Assembly: GCA_963755715.1 (NCBI GenBank)
Contig: CAVWLW010000003.1
Location: 32,001-96,000 of the forward strand
From: an uncultured delta proteobacterium
GTDB lineage: Bacteria; Desulfobacterota; Binatia; UBA9968
Direction of reading: 5' to 3'
DNA: 64,000 nt
The number at the start of each line of letters is the position of its first letter. Position 1 is the first letter of the stretch. Position numbers and translations under genes: made by a program. Below are positions 19,355-31,990 of the stretch, one piece after another. The notes beneath the pieces were generated by a model that saw nothing but the letters and a program-made list of their open reading frames with translations, was not told the DNA's origin and did not search any database.

Positions 19355-21413
19355 ATGGCAGACACACGCTTAAAGGAACGTTCTCTGTTCGATCCGGAAA
19401 TCATGCGGCCGGCGATTTGGGACAGTTTCCGCAAACTGACGCCGCGCCACGTGATCAAGAACCCGGTCATGTTCGTGGTCGAGATCGGCAGCGTGCTGAC
19501 CACTTTGATCTTGGTGCGCGATCTTTTCGCGCCGACGCCAGGATCTCAGCCGCTCTGGTTTACCTTCAACGTCAGTTTCTGGTTGTGGTTCACCGTGGTC
19601 TTCGCCAACTTCGCCGAAGCGGTGGCCGAAGGACGCGGCAAGGCCCAGGCGGCGACGCTGCGCAAAATGCGCAAGGAAACCAACGCGCGGCGCTTGGTTA
19701 ACGGTCATCGGGAAGAAGTCGTGCCCGCGTCGGCGCTCCGCAAAGGGGACACCGTCGTGGTCGAAGCCGGCGAAATTATCCCCGGCGACGGCGACGTGAT
19801 TCAAGGCATCGCATCGGTCGATGAATCGGCGATCACCGGCGAATCAGCGCCGGTCATTCGCGAAAGCGGCGGCGACCGTTCAGCGGTCACCGGCGGCACC
19901 AAAGTTTTGTCCGACCGGATCGTCGTGCGCATCACGGCAAGCCCAGGGCGAATCTTTTCTCGATCGCATGATCGCTTTGGTCGAAGGCGCGGAGCGGCAG
20001 AAGACGCCGAATGAAATCGCGCTGAATATTCTACTCGCCGGCCTCACGCTGGTTTTTCTTTTTGCCTGCGTCACCCTCGTGCCGATGGCGCTCTACTCCG
20101 GCATGGCCACCGTTTCCGTCACTGTTATCGTGGCGCTGCTCGTTTGCCTGATTCCGACGACTATCGGCGGTCTTCTTTCGGCAATCGGTATCGCCGGCAT
20201 CGATCGGTTACTTAGAAAAAACGTGCTCGCCATGAGCGGACGCGCCGTCGAGGCCGCCGGCGATGTCGACACTCTGCTTTTAGACAAGACCGGCACGATC
20301 ACGCTCGGCAACCGTATGGCCACAGAGTTTATCACTGTCGATGGCGTGAGCCCGGAAGCTCTCGCGGACGCCGCCCAGCTCGCGAGTCTCGCCGATGAAA
20401 CTCCGGAAGGCCGCTCGATCGTCGTGCTGGCGAAGGAGAAATACGGACTGCGCGGTCGCGACGTGCAAAGCATCGGCGCAAAATTTATTCCGTTCAGCGC
20501 CCAAACACGCATGAGCGGTTGTGATCTGGACGGCCGCATCATCCGCAAAGGCGCGGTCGATGCGATTGTCAGCTTCGTCGGCGAGATGGGCGGCGCAGTG
20601 AGCTCGCAAATCGAAGGCGTCACTCACGGCATCGCCGATGCGGGAGGCACGCCGCTGGTGGTTTCCGAAGGTAGCGAGGTTCTCGGCGTGATCCATTTAA
20701 AGGACGTGGTGAAGGGGGGCATCAAAGAACGCTTTGCGCGCTTCCGCGCCATGGGCATTCGAACGGTCATGATCACCGGCGACAATCCGCGCACCGCCGC
20801 GGCGATCGCTCGCGAAGCCGGCGTCGATGATTTTCTCGCCGAAGCGACGCCGGAAGCGAAAATGCGTTTGATCAAAGAAGAACAGAACAAGGGCAAATTG
20901 GTGGCCATGACCGGTGACGGCACCAACGACGCACCCGCGCTGGCGCAAGCGGACGTCGGCGTGGCGATGAACACGGGCACGCAAGCGGCCAAAGAGGCCG
21001 GCAACATGGTCGACTTGGATTCCAACCCGACCAAGCTTTTGGAAGTCGTCGAGATCGGCAAGCAGATGCTCATGACCCGCGGCGTGCTCACGACTTTTTC
21101 CATCGCCAACGACGTGGCCAAGTATTTCGCGATCATCCCGGCCATGTTCATGGGCGTCTATCCGCAGATCGCGCCGCTCAATATCATGCATCTGGCGTCG
21201 CCGCAAAGCGCGATTCTTTCGGCGGTTATTTTCAACGCGATCATTATTATCTTGCTTATTCCGTTGGCCTTGCGCGGTGTCCAGTATCGCCCCATCGGCG
21301 CCGGCCCGTTGCTGGCACGTTCCCTATTGATCTACGGCGTCGGCGGGGTGGTCGCGCCGTTCATCGGCATCAAACTCGTCGATTTGGTTTTGGCAGCCGT
21401 CGGACTTGTCTAG
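19355..21413 (+). CDS. kdpB: K+-transporting ATPase subunit B, +1 frameshift near 19946
   Basis: [42 protein letters not shown]; break at CCAGGGCGAA (extra G). Confidence 0.95.
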
Positions 21414-21421
21414 GAGAATCT

Positions 21422-22099
21422 ATGAAAACTTTCACTATCGCTTTACGCGCGACAATCGTTACGTTGGTGTTAACAGGACTTATCTATCCCTTCGTCATGA
21501 CCGGACTCGCTCAAGTGCTTTTCCCATGGCGCGCAAACGGCAGCCTGGTTACGGACGAAAAAGGCCAGGTCGTCGGCTCCGAGTTGATTGCCCAGGGATT
21601 CTCGAATCCCGCTTACTTTCAGCCGCGGCCTTCGGCGGCAGGGGAGAAGGGCTATGACGCGACTTCTTCAGGCGGCTCCAACCTCGGCCCGACATCGAAG
21701 AAGCTGCAGGATCGTATCAACGACGATCTCAAGCGCTTGAAGGCGGAAAATCCGCAAGCCACCGGACCCGTTCCAGCGGAACTTGTCACTACTTCGGCGA
21801 GCGGACTCGATCCGCACCTGTCGCCTGAAGGCATGATCTGGCAACTGCCGCGAGTTGCCAAAGCGCGCGGCGTAGCTCTCGAGCGGGTGAAGGCTGTGGT
21901 CGATGCCAACGTCGAAGGAAGAACATTCGGCGTCTTGGGCGAACCGCGAGTCAACGTGCTGATGGTCAATCTAGCGCTCGATCGCCAATTTGGCCGGCCA
22001 GCTCCGCTTCCTCCGGCTCCTGAAAAGAAAGAGGCAAAGGAAGCAAGCCCAGACAACAAAGGCGGTACTCAATCAGCCGCTCCGGCCGAGAAGCCCTAA
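21422..22099 (+). CDS. kdpC: K+-transporting ATPase subunit C
   Basis: ANGSL, GSELIAQ, YFQPRPS, SGGSNLGP, SASGLDPH, GEPRVNVL. Confidence 0.95.
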   Translation: MKTFTIALRATIVTLVLTGLIYPFVMTGLAQVLFPWRANGSLVTDEKGQVVGSELIAQGFSNPAYFQPRPSAAGEKGYDATSSGGSNLGPTSKKLQDRINDDLKRLKAENPQATGPVPAELVTTSASGLDPHLSPEGMIWQLPRVAKARGVALERVKAVVDANVEGRTFGVLGEPRVNVLMVNLALDRQFGRPAPLPPAPEKKEAKEASPDNKGGTQSAAPAEKP

Positions 22100-22126
22100 C
22101 CAGACGAGAATCAGGAGGGTCGACCG

Positions 22127-22886
<760 letters not shown>

Positions 22887-22916
22887 ATCTGAACTTCACG
22901 AAGAGGAGGAAGGAGA

Positions 22917-24615
22917 ATGGTCATAGGCAAGCCACTGGGGAGATTTTTGTCGGTTACAATACTGTTGAGCTGGACGCTGATGTTGCATCCGGTTCTCGCA
23001 GAGGAAGCTACGCCACCGGGCGGGGCGCCGCCGCAAGCAGCGGAGCCGAAACCTGATCCTGCCGGAGTATCGACGGGCGATAAAACGAACGTCATCGACG
23101 CCGGTGGAAATTCCTTTGCCGTGTCGGAGCCCAGTGACAAAGCCGATCCAGATTACGCCAAAAAGAAAAAGGACTTCGAAGTGTACCAGACCCAGGCAGG
23201 CAAGGAACCACTTGCGACGAAACTTGCCGATGCCGTTGGCCACCTTCGGCTTGCGACGAACTTTAGCTGGACGCTCTTGACCGGCTACCTGGTGCTGTTC
23301 ATGCAAGCCGGCTTCGCGCTTCTCACTTGCGGCTTGGTGCGCAAGAAAAACGCCGCGCATCTAATGATGTTAAACTTTGCTGCCTATGTCTTCGCCTTTC
23401 TCGCTTATTATGCCTGTGGCTTTGCCTTTCAGTTCGGCGCCGTGGCCGTCAACGCCGCGCCAACTAACCTCGGCGGCACGCCGACACTCAATGAGTTTCT
23501 CCTTGGCAGCGGCCAGTGGGGTTTTCTGGGCGGGAAAGGGTTTTTTCTAAGCGGCGCAGGCTACGACGCCGGAAGCAAGTTTAGCGCTCTTCGAAGTCGT
23601 GTTTATGGCGACTGCCGGCTATATCATCGTCGGCGCCATTTGCGAGCGCATTACATTCTGGGCGTTTATTCTGTGCGAACTTTTCGTGGGGGCCATTCTT
23701 TATCCCATGTTCGGCTGTTGGGTCTGGGGCGGCGGCTGGCTGTCGCAGCTGGGCGCCACGATGAACTGGGGACATGGTTACGTCGATTTCGCCGGCTCCA
23801 CCGTGGTCCACGCCGTCGGCGGATTCTGCGCAATGGCTTTGGCTGTGCTCCTCGGCCCGCGTATTGGCAAGTACGGCGCCGACGGAAAACCACGCGCCTT
23901 TCCAGCCCATAACATTGTCTTCGTGGTCACCGGGACATTTATTCTGCTGTTCGGTTGGATGGGTTTTAACCCTGGTTCCACTCTGGGCGCGACGGACTTG
24001 CGGATATCGGTGATCGCGATAAACACCAATCTCGCTGCGGTTGCGGGATCGGCGACGGCGATGATTCTTTGGTACTTTCTGTTTAGGAAGCCGGATATAA
24101 CGATGGCGTGTAACGGCATGCTGGCCGGCCTGGTTGCGATCACCGCGCCTTGTGCCTTCGTGAGCGCCAACTCCGCTGTGGTGATCGGCATCATCGCCGG
24201 CATCGTCGTCTGCTCTGGAGTCTTGTTCAATGAGCGCGTGCTCAAAGTCGACGATCCCTGTGGCGCCGTCTCGGTGCACGGTTATTGCGGTTGGCTCGGC
24301 GCAGTCTGTGTCGGTATTTTCGCCGATGGGACCTACGGGGCCGGCTGGAACGGTGTCGGGGCTGCGAGCTATCTTGGCAAAGCGGGCCAGGGGGTGACGG
24401 GTTTGCTCTACGGCGACTTATCCCAATTCTGGTTGCAGTTGGGCGGTGCCACCCTGTGCATGATCTATGCCTTCGGCTTCACTTACGTCACTTTCAAGCT
24501 GGTCAACGCCATCGTGCCGTTGCGAGTGCCGGCCGAAACTGAACTTGAAGGTCTCGATATTCCCGAGTTCGGCATGACCGCCTATCCCGAGGATGCGCTG
24601 GCTGAAGCGAAGTGA
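22917..24615 (+). CDS. amtB: Ammonium transporter with long N-terminal extension, frameshift near 23580
   Basis: FMQAGFALL, DFAGSTVVH, GWMGFNPGS, NGMLAGLVAIT, DDPCGAVSVH (both pore His), E..GLD..EFG tail. Confidence 0.92.
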
Positions 24616-24886
24616 TCGGCGGAGATTGCTTATCGATAGATAGTGGGAGAAGTCTACCTAGGAGAGAGAGGCTATAGTCACATATCGAGTCGCGGCATAA
24701 AAAACGTTTGGTACGGGCCAATAAAGGAGCAGTGCTGCTTTTGGGGAGTGGCACGCTCCTTTTCGGCGTTTGGTCACAATCTGTGGGTTACGGCGGTTTG
24801 TAGTAGCGTGATTTGCGGCAAGAATGATAAACAGATCAGTTCATTAGAAAAAGTCGATGCTGCGCAACACCTGAAATATTTCTACC

Positions 24887-26044
24887 ATGGGTAAAAAACA
24901 GAAACGCCCTGAAGATTTCCTCGAGCTGGTCGAGCGCGCCAAGCGCGGACGGCTGAAGGTTTATATTGGCTCGGCCGCCGGCGTCGGTAAAACTTATCAG
25001 ATGCTCGAGGAAGCTCACGCGCTCAAAAAGCGCGGCGTCGACGTGGTGTTGGCGTTCATCGAGCCGCACGACCGGCTCGATACCGCGGCGCTGATCGAGG
25101 GACTCGAGGTGGTGCCGCGCCAGCGCGTCGATTATCGCGGCGTGGTTGTCGAGGAGATGGATCTCGATGCGGTTCTCAAGCGCCGTCCTCAGGTTGCCAT
25201 CGTCGATGAGCTGGCGCATACCAACGCGCCGTTTTGCAAAAACAAGAAGCGCTATCAGGACGTGTTGGAACTGCTCGAAGCCGGCATCAACGTCATCTGC
25301 GCCTTCAACGTGCAACATCTCGAAAGCCTCAACGAAATGGTCAAACAGGCCACCGGCGTGGTGGTTCGCGAGACTGTGCCGGACTCGATCCTGAAGCGGG
25401 CCGATCAAGTCGTCGACATCGATCTGGCGGTCGAAGATCTCATCGATCGCCTTAAAGCGGGCAAGATCTATGCGCCCGACAAGGTTGGATGGGCGCTGGA
25501 GAATTTTTTCTTACCGGAAAAACTTGCGGTGCTGCGTGAAATCGCCTTGCGGGAGGTCGCGGAAAGCGTCGATCGCACGGTTGCGGCCAAAGCCGGCAAC
25601 GGTGATGCCGGCCGCAGGTCGGCGGCGAGCGAACGCGTGATGGTTTGTCTGCCCACCCGGCCGCCGCCCAACGGCGCCATGCTGCTTAGACAGGGCTCGC
25701 GCTTGGCGGGCCGGTTGAACACCGACTGGTTTGTTGTCCATGTCGAGACCAAAAGCGAAGCCGGTCACCGGATCGACGCGACACTGCAGCGGTACCTTCT
25801 GGACGACGAGCAAAGAGCCCGAGACTTGGGCGCTGAAGTCGTGCGCCTGCGCTCGGAAGAACCGGTTGACGCGCTCCTCGAATTTGGCCGTGATCATGGC
25901 GTCCGCCATATTGTCGTCGGGCGATCGCACAAGCCTTGGTGGCGTCGTATGTTAGGTCAGTCGCCGGTCTTTAAGCTGGTTACCGAGGCGGCCGGATTCG
26001 ATCTCCACATCGTGTCGTTGGAAGATCGGGAGGCAAAGGAATGA
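24887..26044 (+). CDS. kdpD: Stand-alone KdpD N-terminal sensor (KdpD domain plus USP domain), no TM or kinase domain
   Basis: RGRLKVYIGSAAGVGKTYQML, VDELAHTN, KRYQDV, NVQHLESLN; USP-like RVMVCL...HIVVGRS. Confidence 0.9.
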   Translation: MGKKQKRPEDFLELVERAKRGRLKVYIGSAAGVGKTYQMLEEAHALKKRGVDVVLAFIEPHDRLDTAALIEGLEVVPRQRVDYRGVVVEEMDLDAVLKRRPQVAIVDELAHTNAPFCKNKKRYQDVLELLEAGINVICAFNVQHLESLNEMVKQATGVVVRETVPDSILKRADQVVDIDLAVEDLIDRLKAGKIYAPDKVGWALENFFLPEKLAVLREIALREVAESVDRTVAAKAGNGDAGRRSAASERVMVCLPTRPPPNGAMLLRQGSRLAGRLNTDWFVVHVETKSEAGHRIDATLQRYLLDDEQRARDLGAEVVRLRSEEPVDALLEFGRDHGVRHIVVGRSHKPWWRRMLGQSPVFKLVTEAAGFDLHIVSLEDREAKE

Positions 26045-27880
26045 ATCTTTACAAAAAACTATTGCTGGCCCAGGCGCCGATCGCCATCGCCCTGGCGATT
26101 GTCGGCATTTTTTCGGTGATCGTCGTGTCCTATCTCGGCACTCATTCGCAAACCATTTTGAAGGACAACTACCGCAGCGTGCTGGCCGCGCAGCGGATGA
26201 AAGAAGCCATCGAACGGATGGATAGCGGCGCGCTGTTTATGGTCGCGGGCGAGCGTCAAAAAGGGCTTGAGCAGGTAGAAAAAAATCAGCCGATCTTCGA
26301 AGCCGAGCTGAAAGTGCAAGAGGGGAATATCACGGAGTCGGGAGAGAAGGAGTTCACCGAGGGGCTGCGCGCCGCGTGGATGGATTATCAAACGAAATTT
26401 GCGCGCCTGCAAAAAAGCACGAGCAGCGAAGAGGCAAAACAAATCTACTTCTCCGAGCTGGAATCGGCCTTTTACAGAGTGAAATCGGCCGCCGACGAAA
26501 TCCTGGCGATCAATCAAGACACCATGGTGCGCAAAAGCGATGACGTGAGGCGCACGGCGGAGCGCATGAACGCGGTCACCATCACGGTGGCGCTCGCTGC
26601 CCTTGCGCTGGGACTCATCGTCTCGACATTTTTGACTCGGCGCCTGCTCCGGCCGGTTTCGGCCCTCAGCGAGGCGACGCGAAAAATCGGCGAGGGCAAC
26701 TTCGACACGCGGGCTCACGTGCGGGGCAACGACGAGCTGGCGCAGTTGGCGCGGGACTTCAATGCCATGGCCGCGCGCTTGGCGGAATACCGCAAAAGCT
26801 CGCTCGGTGACTTGCTGCAGGCGCATTTGAGCATGCAGGCGGCGATCGACAGCCTGCCCGACCCGGTAGCGATTTTTAATATCGACGGCAATCTCCAGAA
26901 CGTCAACCGTGCGGCGGAAACGCTGATTGGGCTGAGAACTGACAGGCGGCGCCAAAGAGCCGTTCAAAACCGTCGACGCTGCGACACGAGCCGTTCTCGA
27001 GCGCATGCGCAGTCACGTGCTATCGGGCAAAGGCGCGTTTAACCCGAGAGGGTTCGAAGATGCGGTCCAGCTCCCGACTATGTTGGGCGATCGGTATTTC
27101 TTGCCGCGCGCCACGCCGGTCTACGAATCGCGCGGCGTGATCGTCGGCGCCACGGTGCTCTTGCAGGACGTTACCCGCTTGCGCCGCTTCGAAGAATTGA
27201 AAAACGACGTGGTGGCGACCATCGCGCACGAGTTCCGCACTCCGCTCACGTCCTTGCGCATGGCGGTGCATCTGTGCACCGAACAGGTCGCCGGTCCGCT
27301 CACGGAAAAGCAAGCCGAGCTTTTGCACGCGGCGCGCGAAGATTGCGACCGGCTGCAAGCCATGGTCGACGATCTCTTAGACATGTCGAGGATCGAATCG
27401 GGCCGCGTCGAGCTCTATCCGTTGCCGACTCCGAGCGGCGTGCTTGCCGAGAGCGCCGTGGAACAATTCAAGGCGGAAGCGGAGGCGAAAGGCGTGCGCC
27501 TGAGCGCGGACATCACGATTCCGGAAGTCAAAGTGCTGGCGGATCACGAGCGCGTGGGCCATGTATTTGCGAATCTTGTCGGCAACGCGTTACGCCACAC
27601 CCAACGCGATGGTTCGGTGATCCTGGGTGCGAGCGTCACCAACGGCGCGGTGCGCTTCACTGTAACGGACACGGGCAAAGGAATTCCAAAGGAATACCAG
27701 GAGCGAATCTTTGAAAAGTTTTTCCAGGTCCCGGAGAGCGGACCGAAAGGAACCGGCCTGGGTCTTTATATCGCCAGGGAGATCGTGCGCGGTCATGGCG
27801 GCGACATTGGCGTGGAAAGCGAACCGGGCAGGGGAAGCACTTTTTGGTTCACTTTGCCGCGGGAGACCAAGAGCGCTTAG
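26041..27880 (+). CDS. Membrane histidine kinase (periplasmic helical sensor, HAMP, PAS-like, HisKA, HATPase), KinB-like; frameshift near 26940
   Basis: Two TM, DELAQLARDFNAMA HAMP, AHEFRTPLTS H-box, NLVGNA, DTGKGI, GTGLGL; ATGA overlap with kdpD-N. Confidence 0.9.
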
Positions 27881-27914
27881 AACGGAGCGGGGTCATGGCA
27901 GTACCCACTCGGAG

Positions 27915-28020
27915 TCCTTCGACTTGGCTCAGGACGAACGGAGACGATCTTAAAGTCGTTGATGATTTTCCGTTCATGCTGAGGGTCTCGAAGCATTGCG
28001 AACCTTTTTTAGCAAGGCTC
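27915..28020. repeat. REP/MITE-like palindromic element
   Basis: TCCTTCGACTTGGCTCAGGACGAACGG ... CCGTTCATGCTGAGGGTCTCGAAGCA inverted pair; relatives at 56339-56429 and 63373-63464. Confidence 0.75.
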
Positions 28021-28025
28021 TTTTT

Positions 28026-29447
28026 CTACCCCTCATATTTTTTTCGCTTGCGCCAAAGCGTCGAGGCGTCGATCCCAAGCACGGCGGCGGCTTCGTCCAA
28101 CGTTGCGGTGCGCGCGATCACCCGGGTGATGTGCTCGCGCTCGACAGCGTCCAAGGAAAAATCGCCGCCCACTTGCGGCGCGTCCGCGGCGCGATGGCGC
28201 GCGGCAATGTGCGCCGGAAAGGCTTCCGGTTCGATGATTTGAGCCGGCCAAAGGATCACCGCTCTTTCGATGGTGTTTCTGAGCTCGCGGACATTGCCGG
28301 GCCACGAGTACGCGGTCAAAACATCGGCGGCGGAACTCGAAAGCTCGGGAGGTTGACGCCGCGCCGATTTTGCGAAGAAAATCAAAAAGCGGCGCGCCAA
28401 ACGCAAAATATCCTCCGGCCGCTCGCGCAGCGGCGGCAGCTGCAAGTCGATCACGTTCAGACGATAGAGCAAATCTTCGCGAAACAGGCCTTGGCGCACG
28501 TGCTCGGTTAAATCGCGATTGGTGGCCGCCACGGTTCGAACGTCGGCCCGCCGGGTTTTGTTCTCGCCGAGCCGTTCGAATTCTTTTTCCTCGATGAAGC
28601 GGAGTAGCTTCGCTTGCAGGGAAGGCGAGATGTCGCCGATCTCATCGAGAAAAAGCGTGCCACCCTCGGCCGCCTCGACGCGGCCCGCTTGATCGCGCAC
28701 GGCGCCGGTAAAAGCTCCTTTGGCGTGGCCGAACAGCTCGCTGGTCAGCAATTCCTCGGATAGAGTCGGGCAATTGACGACGACGAAAGGATGGCGGCTG
28801 CGCGGGCTCAATGAATGAATCCACCGCGCCAGCACGCTCTTGCCGGTGCCGCTTTCGCCGCGCAACAGCACCGCTGCGTCCGAGCTCGCCGCCTTTCGCG
28901 CAACTTCAAAAACCGCGCGAAGCTTCGGTGAATCGGATTCCAGATCGCTGTCCGGCGCCGCCTCGCGCAGACGGCCCTCCAGATCGATGACCTGTCGTTT
29001 CAGGTCGCGTTGCTTGATGCATTGATCGACAACGTGACGAATCTGCGCCGGCGTAAACGGCTTGGCCAGGTAGTCGGCCGCGCCGCGTTTGATCGCGTCT
29101 ACTGCGTTGTCGATGGTGGCGTAGGCCGTGATCACCACCACCAACAGATTGGGACAATCGGCGATCAGTTTGGGGATGAGGTCGAGACCGCTGGTGTCGC
29201 CGAGACGGACATCGAGAAACGCCAAATCGTAGGCTTGTTGGGTGAGCGCGTCGAGCGCGCTTTCTCCGGACGATACCGCGGTCACCTGACAGCCGGCTTG
29301 CTCGAGACAGAGCGAAAGCGTGGCGCGGATGTTCTTTTCATCGTCGATGACAAGTACCCGGAGTCTTGGATCCGGAGTCGGTTTTGAGGAGGACCACGAT
29401 GATCCGCCTTGTTTGGGCACTATGCTATCCGAGAGTTGTCGATGCAA
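28026..29447 (-). CDS. Sigma54-dependent response regulator (AlgB/NtrC-like), convergent on the kinase; start uncertain
   Basis: [51 protein letters not shown]. Confidence 0.92.
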   Translation of the reverse strand: MHRQLSDSIVPKQGGSSWSSSKPTPDPRLRVLVIDDEKNIRATLSLCLEQAGCQVTAVSSGESALDALTQQAYDLAFLDVRLGDTSGLDLIPKLIADCPNLLVVVITAYATIDNAVDAIKRGAADYLAKPFTPAQIRHVVDQCIKQRDLKRQVIDLEGRLREAAPDSDLESDSPKLRAVFEVARKAASSDAAVLLRGESGTGKSVLARWIHSLSPRSRHPFVVVNCPTLSEELLTSELFGHAKGAFTGAVRDQAGRVEAAEGGTLFLDEIGDISPSLQAKLLRFIEEKEFERLGENKTRRADVRTVAATNRDLTEHVRQGLFREDLLYRLNVIDLQLPPLRERPEDILRLARRFLIFFAKSARRQPPELSSSAADVLTAYSWPGNVRELRNTIERAVILWPAQIIEPEAFPAHIAARHRAADAPQVGGDFSLDAVEREHITRVIARTATLDEAAAVLGIDASTLWRKRKKYEG

Positions 29448-29501
29448 GCGGCCGCGCGATTGGATCGTCGATGGCGCCGCGAGGCGGGAAACGGCTCGGC
29501 G

Positions 29502-31926
29502 TTACGGTGCTACTTGGACGCCGAGCATGCGGCCGAGATCTTCACAGCAAGCGACCCAACGGCGCGCCGTTTCGTCGCCGCGTTTTTCGGCGTCGCGCTG
29601 ATGGGGATATTCCCGCTTCCACAGCTGATAAAAAATATTTTGGACTTTCCAGAGATGGGTCGTGAACGGGAGCTCTTGAAGAAAGCTCGCGGCGTCGTGC
29701 AATTGCTCGAGTGCGGCCAACGAGGATTGCGTCGCAAGCACGCCGGCCACGCGCTCCAACGACTGCCGGTAGGCAAACTCCAAGGCCGTCATGTCGAGAG
29801 CGATGCCTTCGGCTTTGGCGGACTCAAAAAGGCGGGTGACCTCGGCGCGATCGATCTGCGTTCGTTCCAGCGCTGCGCGCAAATCCTGATTCAATACGAA
29901 CTCCGCCGCGGCGGCAAATCCTTTGGGAAGGGGAATCGCGAGATCGGTGAGAAAACGCATGAGCGGCGCGCGCGACTCGTAAACTTGCCGATAGAGCGCC
30001 GCCGCTTCGGCGAGATTGGCAGCCAGGATTTTCGTCAAGACGCTTCTTTGCTGGTCGTGAAAGAGCGAGCGCAAAGAGTAGTTCGATTCGCCGAAGCGAC
30101 GCTCCATCACGCGCAGGACCGCGGTGAGCTCGGCGCGGCGAAACGGTTCCACGGCGCTTTCAATCACGCTTTGATAGCTTGCGTCATCGCGAAATTCGCC
30201 AACCCCGCCGCTAATGTTGTGGTCGCCCAGATGGAGCACGCCGAAATTGAGCCTGGCAGTTTCCTGGGTAATTCTCGACGTGAGACGAACTCGGCCGAAG
30301 GCGAGCTTGGCTCGGCCGGCGGTGAAAACCTGTTGATCTTCACGGCTGGCGTCGTAGCAGTAGATCGCGGTCTCGCGCGGATAGTCTTCGAACAAAGTGC
30401 TGACCGCGTAATGGGCGCCGACTTTTTCCCAGTCAACCTTGGCGGGCCGGACCGAACGCGCATAGATGTCGGATCCATTGCCCTGCGCCGCGACGTTGCT
30501 TTTGGCCGCCGCCAAGCGCTGGGTAAACTGGCTTTCCAAAGACGCGCCGAAAAGGTCTTCCGCTAGTTGCAAGGCGCGGCCGGCGAACTGGAGAATTTGC
30601 ACGGCTTCGATGCCGGAAATGTCGTCGAAGAACCAACCGCAACTGGTGTACATGAGCATGGCATGGCGCTGCATTTCGAGGAGCTTGAGCGCCGTCACGC
30701 TTTCCGTGGCAGTCAAGCTCCGCCCGGCGTGAGCGGTGACAAAGCTTCGAATGTTTTCCGCCGATCGATCGTGAACGACGTCGATGTAGCCATTGCGGGC
30801 GGCCCAGGGATCGTTGAATAGCGCGCGCGCTTTCTCTTCCCAGCGCGGCGCGATGGTGTCGCGCAGCCAGTCCAGCGCGTTGCGCAGCGGCGTGCGCCAC
30901 GCCTGGTTCCAGCCGGGATGGGCGCCCGAGTTGCAGCCGCAATCGCTCCACCAGCGATCGATGCCGTGGGCGCAGCTCCAGGAGCTTTTCTCGACGATTT
31001 CGACTTCGTCGGTCGGCGGGTATTTTGCCAAGAACTCGCCGTAGTTGGTAAGTTGCGCCGGCGCGCCCGCGCCGATCCGATCTAGGACATAGGCCAGGGC
31101 CATGTCGCCGAAGCGATGATGGTGGCCGTAGCTCTCACCGTCCGTGGCGACGTGCACGAGCTGGGCGCCGTCTCTTTGGGCGAAAGCGCCGGTCAATCTT
31201 TCGATGAAACGATCGCCGTGCGAAAGCAGTCCCTCGAAAGCCACGGCGCGCGCGATCGGGCCGTCATAAAAAAACAGCGCGATCGATCTTCCCGACGGCA
31301 GACGGTGCTGGTAGGCGCGGGTGCCGTCGATGGGCCGACCCTTGAGCTCGTGCCATTTCGCCTCGCCGATCCGGCGCACACGCGCCGCCTGATGCGGCGC
31401 CAGAATCGTAAAACGCAGGCCAAACTCGGCGAGCAATTCGAGAGTTTCCAAATCGACGGCGGTTTCCGGGAGCCACATTCCTTCCGGCGCGCGGTTAAAT
31501 CTTTTTTCGAAGTCGCGCACGCCCCAGATAATTTGAGTGGCGCGATCGCGGCTGTTGGCCAAGGGCATGATGACGTGATTGTAAGCCTGGGCGATAGCGG
31601 CAGCCGTGGCCGGAAAAGTATTTTTGGCTTTCCCGGTCGGCGGCCAAGATCGCGGCGTAGACGTCCGGCGCCTTGACTTCCAGCCATGATAAGAGCGTCG
31701 GACCAAAGTCGAAGCTCATTTTGGCGTAGTTATTGACCAGCTTGACGATGCGGCCTTGTCCATCGAGAATCCGCGAAACCGAATTGGGCGCATAGCATTC
31801 CGCGGTGATTCTTTCATTCCAATCGTGATAGGGCGCGGCTGAATCTTGCAACTCGACGGCTTCGAGCCAGGGGTTTTCCCGCGGCGGTTGGTAGAAATGG
31901 CCGTGAATACAAATGAAGCGTTCCAT
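29502..31926 (-). CDS. GH57-family glycoside hydrolase with DUF3536 domain, frameshift near 31620
   Basis: IHGHFYQPPRENPW, AYNHVIMPL, GMWLPETAVD, ATDGESYGHH, WSCAHG, MYTSCGWFF. Confidence 0.9.
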
Positions 31927-31990
31927 GTGAGGATGCTTGGTCGTGGCACGACGTCAGGCTCGGCCCCGACGGCGTGCGCAAGGCTTGGGG

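Noticed and set aside
19930-19960. Programmed frameshifting in kdpB and the other split genes
   Set aside because: No shared slippery motif; indel density across unrelated genes points to sequencing error
24749-24765. TGGCACGCTCCTTTTC upstream of kdpD-N as a sigma54 promoter
   Set aside because: Good -24 element but no GC at -12; not supportable unless a base is miscalled
27844-28242. ORF starting in the kinase-activator gap, and ORF 63416-63889
   Set aside because: Translations of REP-like DNA running antisense or out of frame to real genes
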